This document shows positions 1 through 13,200 of a stretch of DNA of 64,000 nucleotides, one piece after another. The notes under the pieces are model-generated. The model worked only from the letters and a program-made list of their open reading frames with translations, made no database searches and had not been told where the DNA came from. The translations under genes and the position numbers were made by a program. Positions within the stretch are counted from its first letter, which is position 1. Each line of letters begins with the position of its first letter. The stretch covers positions 124,001-188,000 of the forward strand of contig NGBS01001164.1 of assembly GCA_002245135.1 (NCBI GenBank). Direction: 5' to 3'. This DNA is from Proteromonas lacertae. Lineage: Eukaryota.

Positions 1-2
1 TT

Positions 3-1787
3 AAATTAGATGTTGTTACGATTACAGGAGGATATGCATTTTTAAACGATTTAGAACATACAGCTGATAAAACAGTTTATACATTTAAAGTATATTTCCA
101 AGATGTTGAGCCAACATATTTATCTATAGAAGAAGGAGTAATTCATGATATTCATAACAATAAAATATCTGAATCTGAATTGTTTTTATTACCAAGATAT
201 GATAATAATAAGTTAATATCATTTATTCCATCAACTGGTTTAAATGGAATTCCATTTTATGCAAATCCTTGGGAAGGAAAAGCTAGATCCAATATCTTTG
301 TTACATTTTCAGTCAAATGTGAATATAGTTCTGGTATTGGATTTAGTTCAAGTATGTATAACAGTAAAACTGATGACTTATATGAAATAGAATTAGGAGC
401 TCAACAAAACATGAAAACAACATTAAGGAAAGGTTTGAATCAGAAAGTGGTAGAAACTTCAGAAGGTGCAATTTGTGAGGGTTTTGAAAATGAAGTTAAA
501 TTGTGGGCTAAATATGAAAAAGGAGTAATACAGATAGGTAAAGGAGAAACAGTAGAAGAGAATACATTCTTAGAATATGTAGATAGATCTCCACTATCAA
601 TAAAATACATTTACTTTACCACTTATTTATATGAAGCTACTTTTTTAAACATTAATATTGGCCCAAATGATTTAATTGCCCCATCATTAGAAATATTAGA
701 TATTTGGGGAGTATTTGATTCAATAAGAGGTAGTTACAGATTATCAACAAATGGTAGTTTATGGTGTGCAAGTCTTATATTCCCTTCAAATAGACCAAAT
801 AGTGAATATATTATAGAAAAAGGAAATCGTACAAATATTGGTATTACACCAGTGGATATGGTATTAACAGGATTAATGACAGGATCAAAATATGATGTTT
901 GGTGTTATGCTGAAGATGATAAAGGTGTTTCAATAACAGTAGATAATGCAAATGAGGTAAGAAGAATTGTAACAATTCCAGGTGGAACTAAATATCCAAT
1001 AATAACAATATTATACATCAAAGGAAGAAAAGATTCAATTTATATTGATTTTAAATTAGACAGATCAGGATATTTCTACGCATTAGCAGTAAAAAGCGGA
1101 AGTAAAACTCCTACTATCGAACAGATTAAAGAGAAAGGTATAAACGTAATTTGCACGATATATGATGAATTAGCTGTGTCTATTTTGCATTTAGAAACAA
1201 TGACTTATTATGATGTATATTTCTACTCAGAAACAATGTTTGGTGATGGAGCTCCAATTGATTATGTTATTCAGAATATGAGAACTGTTAGAACTGATGG
1301 TAGTTGTCCATCTTATGATGGTAAAGAATGCAATGATCATGGTTTATGTGATGATGGTATATGTATGTGTGAATTTGGCTATCATAAAGCTGATTGTTCA
1401 GGAGTATGTCCAGGTTTGACTGAAGATAATGAATGTAGCGGAAATGGCTTTTGTATAGTAAGTGCAATTGGTTATGCAGAATGTGTTTGTAATCAATTTT
1501 ATTATGGAATGGACTGTACAATTCATTGTCCAAATGATGGAAAAAGTGAATGTGGAGGTACAACCAGAGGAACTTGTAATACAGAAACAGGTGAATGTAA
1601 ATGCAAAAAAGGATACAAAGGATATAATTGTGCTGATGAGACATTGAGTGTAGGAGCAATAGTAGGAATAGTTATTGGAGTTGTTGCAATTTTAATAATA
1701 GCATTAGTAGTGTTTTATTTATTCAAAACTCCAATTAGCATAAGATTAAAAGAGAAAAAAGAAAATGAATATTCAATGTTTGTTTAA
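3..1787 (+). CDS. Type I membrane/cell-surface protein, 5'-partial: farnesoic acid O-methyltransferase-like domain, two FN3-like repeats, EGF-like repeats, C-terminal TM helix
   Basis: Frame open from the window start; YEIELGAQQNMKTTLRK...TFLEYVDRSPLSIKYIYF resembles the FAMeT domain; Cys-rich EGF units (CNDHGLCDDGICMCEFGYHKADC); hydrophobic GAIVGIVIGVVAILIIALVVFYLF. Confidence 0.8.
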   Translation, partial: KLDVVTITGGYAFLNDLEHTADKTVYTFKVYFQDVEPTYLSIEEGVIHDIHNNKISESELFLLPRYDNNKLISFIPSTGLNGIPFYANPWEGKARSNIFVTFSVKCEYSSGIGFSSSMYNSKTDDLYEIELGAQQNMKTTLRKGLNQKVVETSEGAICEGFENEVKLWAKYEKGVIQIGKGETVEENTFLEYVDRSPLSIKYIYFTTYLYEATFLNINIGPNDLIAPSLEILDIWGVFDSIRGSYRLSTNGSLWCASLIFPSNRPNSEYIIEKGNRTNIGITPVDMVLTGLMTGSKYDVWCYAEDDKGVSITVDNANEVRRIVTIPGGTKYPIITILYIKGRKDSIYIDFKLDRSGYFYALAVKSGSKTPTIEQIKEKGINVICTIYDELAVSILHLETMTYYDVYFYSETMFGDGAPIDYVIQNMRTVRTDGSCPSYDGKECNDHGLCDDGICMCEFGYHKADCSGVCPGLTEDNECSGNGFCIVSAIGYAECVCNQFYYGMDCTIHCPNDGKSECGGTTRGTCNTETGECKCKKGYKGYNCADETLSVGAIVGIVIGVVAILIIALVVFYLFKTPISIRLKEKKENEYSMFV

Positions 1788-1839
1788 CTAATTATTATTG
1801 TTTTATTATAAATATATAAATATATATATATTATCTATC

Positions 1840-3168
1840 CTAATAGCTCTTGGTGGAAAAAATCAACGAATCTCTAACTAATTTATCTCCTTCTTCATTA
1901 GATATTGGTGTAATCTCATCTAAATAGCTATCGATAATAGCTATATCATGTAATCTAATAATTGGCATAAAATATTTCTGAATTTCTTTATGTTTTTCAT
2001 CATCATTTGAGGTTATAGAAATAACATCTCTTCTAATATAATTTCTACTTTCATCATCTCTAAAATCAAATTCATCTTCTGCTTCTATATAATATTCATT
2101 CTCTGGTACAATAATATAGCCAGGAGGAAACATAATTCCAGGACTTTCATAAAAGAAATAATTCTGAATTTTAAATAACTTCCCTTCATTATTTACAACA
2201 AATAAAATGTTATGATTTAAACTCCAAAATATTTTTCTTATTCCTCCTCCTTCTATATCTTTCATCATTATCTCTTTATTTAATTTTGTATTAAATATAT
2301 ATACTCTTGATTGTTCATTTTCAAACACACAAGCATGATAATCTGCTTTATAAGATAAACAACAATATTTTATAGTTACATTTAGCTTAGGCTCACTTTC
2401 GCTTATTTTAATATAACTACTGTTATCATTATTATCATTATATTCTTCTTCTTCTTCTTCTTTTAATGAATAATGAATGATTAAACTGTTTATGATAATT
2501 AAAAAATGATTCATGTTGGATGGATTAAAAACTACTAAAGGATAAGTATCATTTGTTTCTATTTCTAATAATTGAGATGATAATGTAATATGGTTAATTA
2601 GATTTATTATTTGCAATTCATTTGTACATGTAAGTGATATTACGTTATTTGTATCTTTAAAAAATTCTATGAATATTTGAATCATTTCATCGATTAAAAA
2701 GATAGTTGAATGTTCTTCCAAATTATATATTTCACTTGTATCTTTTGCTTTTAGAAAGCATAAAGATGGATTGTAATGATTTACTTGTATTGATGTGTAT
2801 TGTCGTGATAATCTAAAGGTAAATTAAAATATTATAAATAAATACTCAGACAATACGGCAACTGTTCTGTTTACTATATTATACTTCATTAATACAGTTT
2901 GACATAACAACAATATTGAATTATCATCTATAAAGTCAATATCAATTATTTCATCATTTGTAATGCTATATGTCGATATACTATATATCAGAAGAAATCT
3001 AATTCGTATATCGTAAATTTTTATATTATCTCCATCAAATACTAACATGGTTAGTGGATTAGGCTTTATTTTTGGTACAATTACACATTTACCTATTTCT
3101 TCTAAAGACATAAGCTGCCCGCCTTCTATATTTTCTTGAAAACAGTTCTGTGGAATGCACTGTGACAT
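1840..3168 (-). CDS. Divergent WD40 protein, RBBP5/Swd1 (COMPASS)-like
   Basis: Two ORFs joined by a GT-AG intron at ~2813-2845; C-terminal FPPGYIIVPENEYYIEAEDEFD resembles the RBBP5 post-WD motif FAPDFKELDENVEYEERESEFD. Confidence 0.55.
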
Positions 3169-3291
3169 TTTATAATTTCATAATGTTTGAAAGAAACAAG
3201 CCTTTTGACTTTTTTCTTTTTCGCTGTAAAATCGATCTAGAGAGTATTATTGGATTTTAGATATATATTTTTGTTAGAGTAAATAACTAAT

Positions 3292-4426
3292 ATGAGCAGT
3301 GATATTACTGATCAATTTTATAAAATCGATGAGAAAAAACTGCGAGATGTAAGAGATGGGAATAAATTAAACTATAAAAATAAGTATGATATTCATACAA
3401 TATATTAATAGACCAGAATTTATCCAAAAAGTCTACATTTCCGCTATTGCAGCAATGAAGATGGTATGTAGTTTATAATATAATGTTTTTAGCTTATTCA
3501 TGCACAAGAGGGTGTAGAGAATGGTATTAAGTCCAGTTCCACTCATCAACCAATTGAAGTTATGGGTTTGCTGATAGGTCAGCCAAATCTCAATAATCCA
3601 CGTGAATTAATTGTATCTGATGCATTTCCTCTTCCAATTACTGGCGCAGAGACAAGGGTAGTTGCAGATGATAATGAAGTAACTAATTATATGATTAACC
3701 TATCCAATCAAGTAACATCAATTCGTAAGCAGTTTATTATGGGATGGTACCACAGTCACCCCTTCGATTTGGATAAAGATAGTCATTGTTTCTTGAGTGG
3801 AACAGATGTAGGAACACAATTACGTTGGCAATTAACTGAAGATCACAATGGTAATCCATTTGTTGCATTAGTTGTATATGTTCTATTCTATTTCCTTAGA
3901 TTGATCCTCAAAGATCAAATTTCCTAAAGATTCCAGTAATTGAGGCATTTAGAGTTTATAGACCTGATTATAATGGTAGACCTGATGAATTAGTAGCACC
4001 TGATATGAAAAAGCACGAATCAAAAGAAACAATTGTACAAAGATGGGGTGAGAATTATAATAGATATTACACATTCCCAGTTCAGATATATTCCTCTAAT
4101 TTGAACCGTCAATTGTTAAAGTCAATGACAGAGAAATTTTTGTGGATGAGAGTGTTATGTTTTACTCCGTTAGTAGATGATCAAGTATTTTATAATTGAA
4201 TTATATTTTATTAATATAGTCACAAGATCGTTTAATTGAGAGAATAATGGGAGTAGAAACGAATTTAAAACCATTTGATGAAGGATCAACAGCTAGTGAT
4301 TATAAAGTTAAAACTGCATTACCTATAGCTCAAAATAACAGTCGTGGTTTATCAGAAGATTTATTAAAATTGAAAACTACAGAAAAATTGAAGGAATATA
4401 TCTTTAATGAGAGAATTGATGCTTAA
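3292..4426 (+). CDS. CSN5: COP9 signalosome subunit 5 (JAMM deneddylase), about 4 short GT-AG introns
   Basis: KVYISAIAAMKMLIHA...EVMGLLIG...DAFPLPITGAETRV...GWYHSHP...CFLSGTDVGTQ...PFVALVVIDP after splicing. Confidence 0.9.
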
Positions 4427-4549
4427 ACAATGATGTTATATCTATATTATTATTTTAGTATAAATTGAATTATTGTTTTTGGTAAAAGATGGTGTTAAAA
4501 AATATAATTCTTTCATAAATTTATAAATCTTTATATATAAATAAAATAA

Positions 4550-6982
4550 TTACAAGTTATTATCGTTATTAGAATCTAAATAATTTGAAGCCATATATCT
4601 TCTCTTTATATCCTCATTATTATTTCCATTCATCATCACATCATCAAGTTTTCGCTTGTGACTATAATTAATTTTACCACCTTTACCACTCATCCTTCTC
4701 ATTCCATTATTATTAATATCTTCATCTTCTTCATCATTAACTAATGCATTATTATTAACATCATCTTCATCATCATCAACACTTCCTCTTCCTACACCAT
4801 TTCCAATAACATCATCTTCATCATCTTCCTCCTCCTCTTCTTCTTCTCCTCCATCTCCACCATCTTCATCATCATCTTCTTCTTCTTCACCTCCTTCTTC
4901 AACTACTTGATTTACTATCTGTTGTACTTGTTGATATACTATTTGATCTTCTGATAATGGAGGTGGATGACTTATCAATGAATCACTCATTATTGGATCA
5001 TCCATTCCTATATTTATTAAATTATTATTATTATTATTATTATTATTTATCAACATGTTTGGATTATTCAAATACATCATCTTCTGCTGTTGATGTAGTT
5101 GTTGTCTTTGCTGTTGATGCTGCTGCTGTAATTGATATTGTTGTTGCTGTTGTTGTTGTAGAAGCATTGTAGCTTGATCATCATTTATTAATATCATTCC
5201 ACTTTGATCAGTAATAATTGGATTGTTATTACCATTATCTAACATACTATCTACAATCATAGGATTTGGATTATTAGATAGTAACATGCTATTGTTATTA
5301 TTAACCAAAATATCATCATTATTACTATATATATTATTCATTCCCAGACTTATATTATTATTATTATTGCTATTGGTATTTGAGGGAGTTAATCTAATAG
5401 GTGAAGGAGGTATCATTAACACTGATCCATTACCAATAGAATTTGAACCTGTTGGACTTAATAAATTATTTCTATCAAACGTAGCTTGATCACTTGCATG
5501 CAGTTTCATACCTTGAATAAATGAATTTTTAATGATTTCTTCTTGTTCTGGAGTTAATGGAATACCTTCTTTTATTGCTCTTCTTTTTTCTCTTCGTAAA
5601 TGTGAATTTACCATTTCTTGGATTATTTCATTATTATATTCATGTTCTGGTGCTGTCATTTGATGGGAAAATGTAAAATACTATTAAAATATGATTATAA
5701 AGTAATAATATACTTGTTGACTTGGTGTTACAGCAGGTGATGGATTAAATTCCATTGATATAATATTATCATTTGGATTATTCACAATTGGTAAACCAGT
5801 AACAGGATCAATTTGAGGAATATCAATAATAGGAGTAGTTGACCTTTGTTTTATTGTATTTACACTTCCTAGTAAAGATTCATTATTATCATTTAAATAT
5901 TGTTGTTGCTGCTGTTGTTGCTGTTGTTGCTGTTGCTGTTGTCGACGTTGTTGATGATTCATAGATAGTGAATATGAATTAGACATTGATGACCTTGTAT
6001 TGTGTGCTTTTTGAGAAGATGAAGATGATAAACTATTGGAATAATTACTATTGTTTGAATGAGATTTGAGTATTGATGAAGATACTTTCTGATTCAAACT
6101 TGGAACATTTGTAGATGAATTGGAAGTTGATGATGTTGATGATGAAGATGTAGCAGCATTCACGGTAGAAGATGATGCTACTGCTGCGCCGGCGGCAGCA
6201 ACGGCAGTAGCAGATGCAGTTAAAGATGCAGTATTGATATATACACTAGGAGTAGACTTTTCCATTTTTCTATTTTTCTTTCTCATTGTTGAATTCCATC
6301 TATTCTTAATCGCATTATCACTTCTACCAGGTAATAACTTCGCTATTTCTGTCCATTTATTACCTAATTGTTCATGTGCTGATAATAATATTCTATCTTC
6401 TTCTTCAGTCCAATCAGATCGTGTTAAAGTTGGATCTAATTGATTGTACCATCTATCTCTACATTGTTTACCTATTCTACCTGGTATTAGACTGGCTATT
6501 TCACTCCATTTGGTCATTCCGCTTTGAACACACTTTATAATTATCTCATCTTCTTCTTTTGTCCATCTTCCTTTGATTAAACCTGGTTTTAGGACTTTTT
6601 GCCATCTATGCAAACATTGAACATCAGTTCGTGTATTTTTTAAATATTCTTCGGCAATTCTTTTCCAGTTTCTATTTAAATTTAATTATTTAATAAAAAT
6701 CTAATACTTTACTCCCAAAGCGTTTACTCCTTCCTGCAACAAGCAATCTTCTTCAGCAGTCCATTTTCCTCCAAATGATTCTGCAAGGTTTCTTACATAT
6801 TCCCTTACACTATAATAGACATATATATACTTTGATGATTCATCTGGAACTATTGAACCTATTGTTCGTATTCCTCTCGTATATTTTGCTCTCCCAGCAG
6901 CTGCTCTTTTTAGATCCATCTCCTATTACTATTAGAATGATTAGATAAATACCTTGGATTTTAATAATGCGGATTCTGACAT
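4550..6982 (-). CDS. R1R2R3-type MYB transcription factor with Q/N/acidic low-complexity tail
   Basis: [68 protein letters not shown]; exons joined by short GT-AG introns. Confidence 0.9.
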
Positions 6983-7371
6983 ATATTAATATATACTATT
7001 TTTACAATACAATTAAAAATCTAAAAGAAATTTGATATTTATATTTGAGGTGTCAAGCTTTTATAAACGTTACACTTATTTTTTTGATAAATGTGTGTTT
7101 TAAGAGAAGCATTACTTCATAGAGAAGAAAGATTCGGTTATTATGTTTGTTTCTTTGATTTATATATGATAAAACACCACTAATTTTTAACCAAAAAATA
7201 ATTATGTCTTTTGATCTTGTTAAATGCTTATTATTGCGTTCTTCATCGCAAAAATAGTAAATTAACAGGTGTAAAACATCTCTATCACCAATATCAAGTT
7301 TTTTGTAAATTGGGCTTGAAGGTTTGACATTTTCATTTGAAATTTTTCCCAATTTCTCGTTATAGAAAAGG

Positions 7372-7913
7372 ATGCAAAACAGTTCACTAAGTTTTTATTT
7401 TTTATTATTTATTAGACTTTTTGTTGTAGCAAATGCTCAGCATAATTCTGCTGCTATTGCCAAAGTATAACCACTTTTTTTGTAATTACTTCCTTTAGCA
7501 AATTGCTCAGTTGAATATGACAATTGAATATTGGGGAAGTGACCCAGAACCAGTGTTTGTCAATTCTGTTCCACAAGAGTATTTATTTATTTACAAATAT
7601 TTAATAGAGGTTGGACAGGCGATCATCCAGGGATAGTTCCAGAAAATGACGATAGTGCCGAATTTAACTTTGAAATATTCCCTTACAATGACAATCCACC
7701 AACTATTGAAAATATCGCTGTATCTCAAGCTGAAAGTGCAGAAAATTACAGTGTAATTATTCAACCAAGAGTTACATTACATTACCCCATTAATAAACCT
7801 GGTAGAGAAGCGGATGATAAAGCGATATATGGTTCTCTTACAGTAGATTACTTATGTTATAGTGAAGGATCAGCAACAGTGTTAGTATCAATCTTCTTCA
7901 AATACAAAGCATT

Positions 7914-7975
<62 letters not shown>

Positions 7976-10054
7976 TGAATAGAAGTTCATATATCGCTAC
8001 TTTCAGTTGGAAAAAGAAGTGCGCACCTGGTCCAATCCCGGGATTAACAATCTATGAGAAAGGAAGTAACGGAAGAATGATTGTTCAAGATGGTTATGTT
8101 GATGCAATGTATGATGCAGGTAGTGATTTAAAAGCAAAAGAAGATAAAGGAACTATGAATTATTTCACTGTAGTAAGAGAAGGAGAATATCAATTTGTAC
8201 CAATTGAGTGGAGTTATGAAGTTGGAAATAAGAATTTATCTATTACTTTATCAGGAGACGCTACTGATGATCCAGTTCCAGATAGTATTTACATATATAT
8301 AATTATCAATATAAATAGAAGCTTCAACCGTATTAGAAATCTTATACGAAGGTAAAAACGATATTACAACAACAGTTACTATAATAGGAACAATAACAGT
8401 TGATGAAGAAGTTAGAAGTTTCTCATTCTCATGGAAGAAAACTTACAGTCAAGGTCCAGTTCCTGGTTTTGATATATTATCAGGTTCTCTACATTTTAGT
8501 GATAATTATGCAATTGTTAGTGATGGTATAGTACAGCCACTTTATTTACCAGATAATTCTCGTAAAGTTGTATTAAGTGGAAGTGAAGCATGTATTAATT
8601 TATATATAAGAGGAAGGTTTAATAGTGTCAATTATACTGAGATTAATTTCCAATCTGATTCTACAAGATTGACAATATTTAAATATGGTGATGCTCAAAG
8701 GGGAGGTGTTGGTAAGAGAAGTGAATTATTATCAGTATGTCATGAGTGTAAAGCATCTGGTAGACACAATGTGATTGGTACAGTTACAGGAATTGATAAT
8801 TTAATCAGTCCAATTACATTTGCTTATGAAAAAGAATGTAATGTTGGTAAATATTTAGTTGATATTACTCCAGGAATGTTTGTCCCACATAGAAGTGATT
8901 ATTATGCAGTTAAAAATGGTAAAACTCAACCAGCTTATGGATTTAAGAATCCAACAGTTAAAGCCAGATGGGATGAAGATAAGACTCGATTCTATATGAC
9001 TTCTATAAATAGTTTTGATATTCATCAACCAACTATATATGCATTATATCCTTTTTCTTTCTTTTCTTTCTATTTTTTTATGATTTTTTTTCTTTAACTG
9101 TTGTTGTGTTTTTTTACAGCTGAACAAACTGTATTAGATCCAACTGTATCTGTAATTGGTCATGATGTCACTGAGAATATAATACATGTAGATGCTGATG
9201 GTCCATCAATCGTATTAGAAGTTACTTATTCATGCATTCAAAAAGGTGAATTTCAAGTAATAATGGAAATAAAGTCTGATGGTGGTGAAGAAGGCAATAT
9301 AGTTTTCTCTTGGATTAAAGTGTGTAGACCACATAGCTTTTCTTTCTCTGTTGGTACTTCGTTAGATAGTATGCTTGCTATGATAAATGGAGATAATATA
9401 TCATTTTTTATTTATTTATTTTTTAATTATGTTTTTCTTAATGATTTTGTAAGTTGATCCTAGTATATTATCATTAGCTAAAAATGTAATTGAAGATGGT
9501 GAAGTAAAACCAGAATACTCTAATGAAAAACCATCTGCTGCTGTTACAAGACAAGAATTGGAATCTCGATTTTATATAGCAATATCATTTTTTTTAAATA
9601 ATAATAATATTTTTATGTATCTATTCCTTAATGATTAGTTTAATCAAGAGAAAATTCAACATTGTTATTACATCGTCCACCTACTGTTGTAGTTCAAAAT
9701 CATAAGATATTAGATGCACAATTATTAGGTGATGCTGATGTAAAGAATGGTGTGTCTTTAACAACTAATCCAAAAGAAATTATAGTGAATTATAAGTGCA
9801 AAAAGAGTGGTATATCTAAAGTCGATATTAACTTATTCATTGGTCCAAGTGGTTTACAATATATTCCCATTACATTTAGTGTGATGAAGAATTGTAGAGA
9901 TCCAACCCATTGGAACATTAGATTGCTGAAAGATGTGGTATTATGTGTTGCTATAGTAGTTATATTATTACTGTTATTCCCTTATATAAAATCTTATGGA
10001 AGAAAATGTTGTAAATTCCCTGCAAAGAAGCATGTCTTGGATAAAGATGTATAG
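7372..10054 (+). CDS. Secreted type I membrane protein with repeated Ig-like/beta-sandwich modules; contains three U12-type introns
   Basis: Signal peptide MQNSSLSFYFLLFIRLFVVANA; recurring VxYxC..G....FSWxKxC module; TM VVLCVAIVVILLLLFPYI; one continuous frame obtained with 4 GT-AG and 3 AT-AN introns. Confidence 0.75.
7915..7971. repeat. (TAT)n microsatellite filling a GT-AG intron (7914-7982)
   Basis: About 19 TAT units between GTATTA and GAATAG. Confidence 0.85.
9046..9117 (+). other. U12-type AT-AC intron (72 nt)
   Basis: 5' ATATCCTTTT, branch TTTCTTTAAC (9089-9098), 3' TTTTAC; splicing gives GCA TT|A GCT GAA CAA and joins ORFs 8669 and 9101. Confidence 0.85.
9398..9452 (+). other. U12-type intron with AT-AA termini (55 nt)
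   Basis: 5' ATATCATTTT, branch TTTTCTTAAT, frame restored only by GAT AAT|GTT GAT CCT (intron ends GTAA). Confidence 0.7.
9582..9643 (+). other. U12-type intron with AT-AA termini (62 nt)
   Basis: 5' ATATCATTTT, branch TTCCTTAAT (9624-9632), frame restored by ATA GCA|TCA AGA GAA, which removes the in-frame TAA at 9641-9643. Confidence 0.7.
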
Positions 10055-10299
10055 AGTAGTAAAAATCTAATTGAGTTTTGATATGATTATTTTTATTATT
10101 TTTGAAATTGTGTTTATATAGATTCATTTTTTAATTTAAAACGAATATATTATTTTGAAGTAAAAATCAGTAAGATAATTAAAATACTATTTAGAGATAT
10201 TTTCATATATTAGTAGAATAAAAATTAGTTGGGATTTTAGAAGAAGAAAATACATTTAAAAAATAGATATATTAATTAGGTTATAATAATAAATGTTAT

Positions 10300-13200
10300 T
10301 TATGTTCTTTTAACATCTTCTAAAGCAAGTGTTTGTGCTGAATGCTGTAAGAAATAATCAGTCGTTTCATTTCTAGACACGAACAAATCATGTTTTTGAT
10401 GTTTATATTGTCCCCATTCGGGATAATCTTCCAATATTTCTTGTGCTTTTTCTCCATATGTTTTATCTTTAGTAAATATCTTAATACTATCAATACACGA
10501 AACTTTAGCTTTGGATGGATCAATAACTTTCTTCATTTTATTCTCCAAACTTCCCATAAAGAACTCTATTAATCCATCTTCTATTGCTTTACCTACTAAT
10601 TTTGAATTCTTCTGTTTAAACATTTTATAGTAAGTTTCATAAGTCAAAGCAGCATCTGGTCCTGGTTTTTCTACTGTTAATCTCAAAGTAGATACAATTG
10701 CAGTTTCAGCCATTTGTTCAACACATAATTTACTCTCAGCACATTGATTCAATATTCTAACAATTGAAATACATAATTCTGATTGTGGATCATTCTTTGC
10801 AGCTTTCTTAAGTAAAGATACCATTTTACTAATATAACCCAACATTGCTATATGATCAGCTAATGAAGATTGAACTCTTAGTAAACATATAACTCCTGAT
10901 ACAATTAATGATAACATCTTATCTTTAAATTGATCTGGCTTTGTAGCATCAGTGTATTTGATTTCTTCATCTTCATCACCATCATCAACAGTATCACCTT
11001 TTGATTGTTTATATACCTTCTTACCTTCATCCATAAACATTTTCATTGCTCCTTCTAAGAATGCCTTTGGATTACGTAATGGGAACTTTGGATCTTTGAG
11101 ATATAATCTTAAATAAACACCACCAACTTGTAATTCATCTTGTAATTCAGGATATACCATCTTAAACTTATCATTAAATTCATACACTTTGTTGTTGTAA
11201 AATGCTTCTAATATATCATGATTGAAATCTTCTAATTGATTTCTTAATACTTCTCTCATTCCTTCAGACCATATAATTTCAGGTGTTTCTTGATTTCCAT
11301 CAAATCTTGTGGTACTTAATTCAGGTTGTTCTTTAATTGCAACAGTTAGCATTTGTGGTAAGAATCTTCTTAAGAATATCACCATTCTATGACCTTCTGT
11401 ATTATCACCCATCATTCTACACATTACATTAGCAGCAACACATCTTGCTTGTGAACCAACTGTTCTATCTGGTAATGCGAATATTCTTAAACATATAATT
11501 AAACCATTAAGACGATCTATTTCTATAACACCATCTGTACTTTCACATAATCCAACAAATATTTGTAATATTTCTAATCTGCATTCTTGAATATCAGCAC
11601 ATAGTAATTGTAATAATGGAATTATAAATCCATTCTTTATTATCACTTGTGAACATGGCGCTATTGGTGCTAATATCTGTAATATTGGAATAGTAAATGC
11701 TCTTAATCTGTCTGTAGTATTGAAATTATTATCCATTGGTAATAAGAATGAGAATAATAATGAAAAATAGGTTTGAGTAGCTAACTTAGAGGCTGGTTCT
11801 TTATCATTACCCAATAATATACTCAATGCTGTTAATATTTGTTGAACTCTGTTTTGATCATCACATACATAATGTGAAGTGTATAATTTGACTTTTTCTG
11901 TTGACACTACAGCAACTGATGAAGACTTCTTTTTCTTTTTATCTTTCTTTTTACTACTGCTTTCTTCAGATCCTTCTCCTTCATCTTCTTCATTATCATT
12001 TGCATTATCATTATCTGCATTAGTTGTTCCTTGATATTCATCAGCTAAATAATCCATTAAAGCAATAGCAAATTTAGTTGAATTCTTAATAGAAGTAGGT
12101 CTTTGTTCATTATAAACACGAATATAAATACCACCAACTATCAATTCCTCTCTCAATACTTTATATACAAAGTTATCTAATACACTCAAATCAGCTTTGC
12201 CAATCTCTAATTGATCATGATCCCATTTACCTACTTGATATAATAATTGATCTTTCATGTCAATGTTCCATATAATAAATGGAGTTTCAGCATGTGAATT
12301 CAATATAGTTAACATCTCACCTGGATCATCATTGATTAATAATTTAGCTACTGGTGGTGTAAAGAGATTACTTAATGCATTTCTAATAGTTGCATTGATT
12401 GGAGTTGCACCATTTCCACTTAAATATCCACCTAATCTTGCTAATGCTTTTACACCTAAGATTGCAATTGTATTGGCAGCTACTTGAAGATTTGCATCTA
12501 AATCAGCTTTTTCATCAACTTTAATAACATCTTTAGCTTTCTTTGGTGAAGAATGTTCTTTCTTCTTCTTGATTACTTTCTTAACTATCTTCTTTACAGT
12601 CTTCTTCTTCTTTTTATCTTTATTTTTCTTATCTTTCTTACTCTTCTTCTTGTCTTTATCTTTACTCTTTTTGTCTTTCTTACTCTTCTTCTTATCTTTA
12701 TCTTTACTCTTCTTTTTCTTTTTCTTTGATGAATCATCATCACTATCACTGTCACTATTGTCATCATTATAACTATCATCCTCATCTTCATCTTCAACAT
12801 CACTGCCTTTATCATTATCACTTCCATTATCTTCATCATCAGTTACTTCCACTTCCACTTCTTCTTCTACTTCTATTTCTTCTTCACTTTCACTTTCACT
12901 CTCATCTTCACTGCCACTACTAATCTCTTCATCTGTAGCATCAGCTGATGTTGGATCATATCTGAATAATAATGGAACTACACCCCAAATTGCACAGGTT
13001 GTACCATTTACTAACATTGTTTGTAGATTCTCTGATAATGACATTCTTATTATAGAACCAAGACAATATTTAACAGCGAATGGTGCTTGTGTATAACGTG
13101 TATATCTTGCTATTTCAGACACTAATAATGGACATTGTTCCATTTCTATTCTAGCTTTCTCAAACCCAGTCAATCCTTCGATTGTTCTTAATACATTCAA

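Noticed and set aside
4957..6443. Plus-strand ORFs over the MYB gene (similar antisense ORFs over RME-8, NEK and the ABC transporter)
   Set aside because: Shadow frames of low-complexity or biased coding sequence on the opposite strand
7053..7352. 99-aa minus-strand ORF between MYB and the surface-protein gene
   Set aside because: TTG start, no motif, lies in a divergent promoter
7879..7982. Poly-tyrosine tract in ORF 7879
   Set aside because: It lies inside a 69-nt stop-free GT-AG intron (7914-7982) filled by (TAT)n
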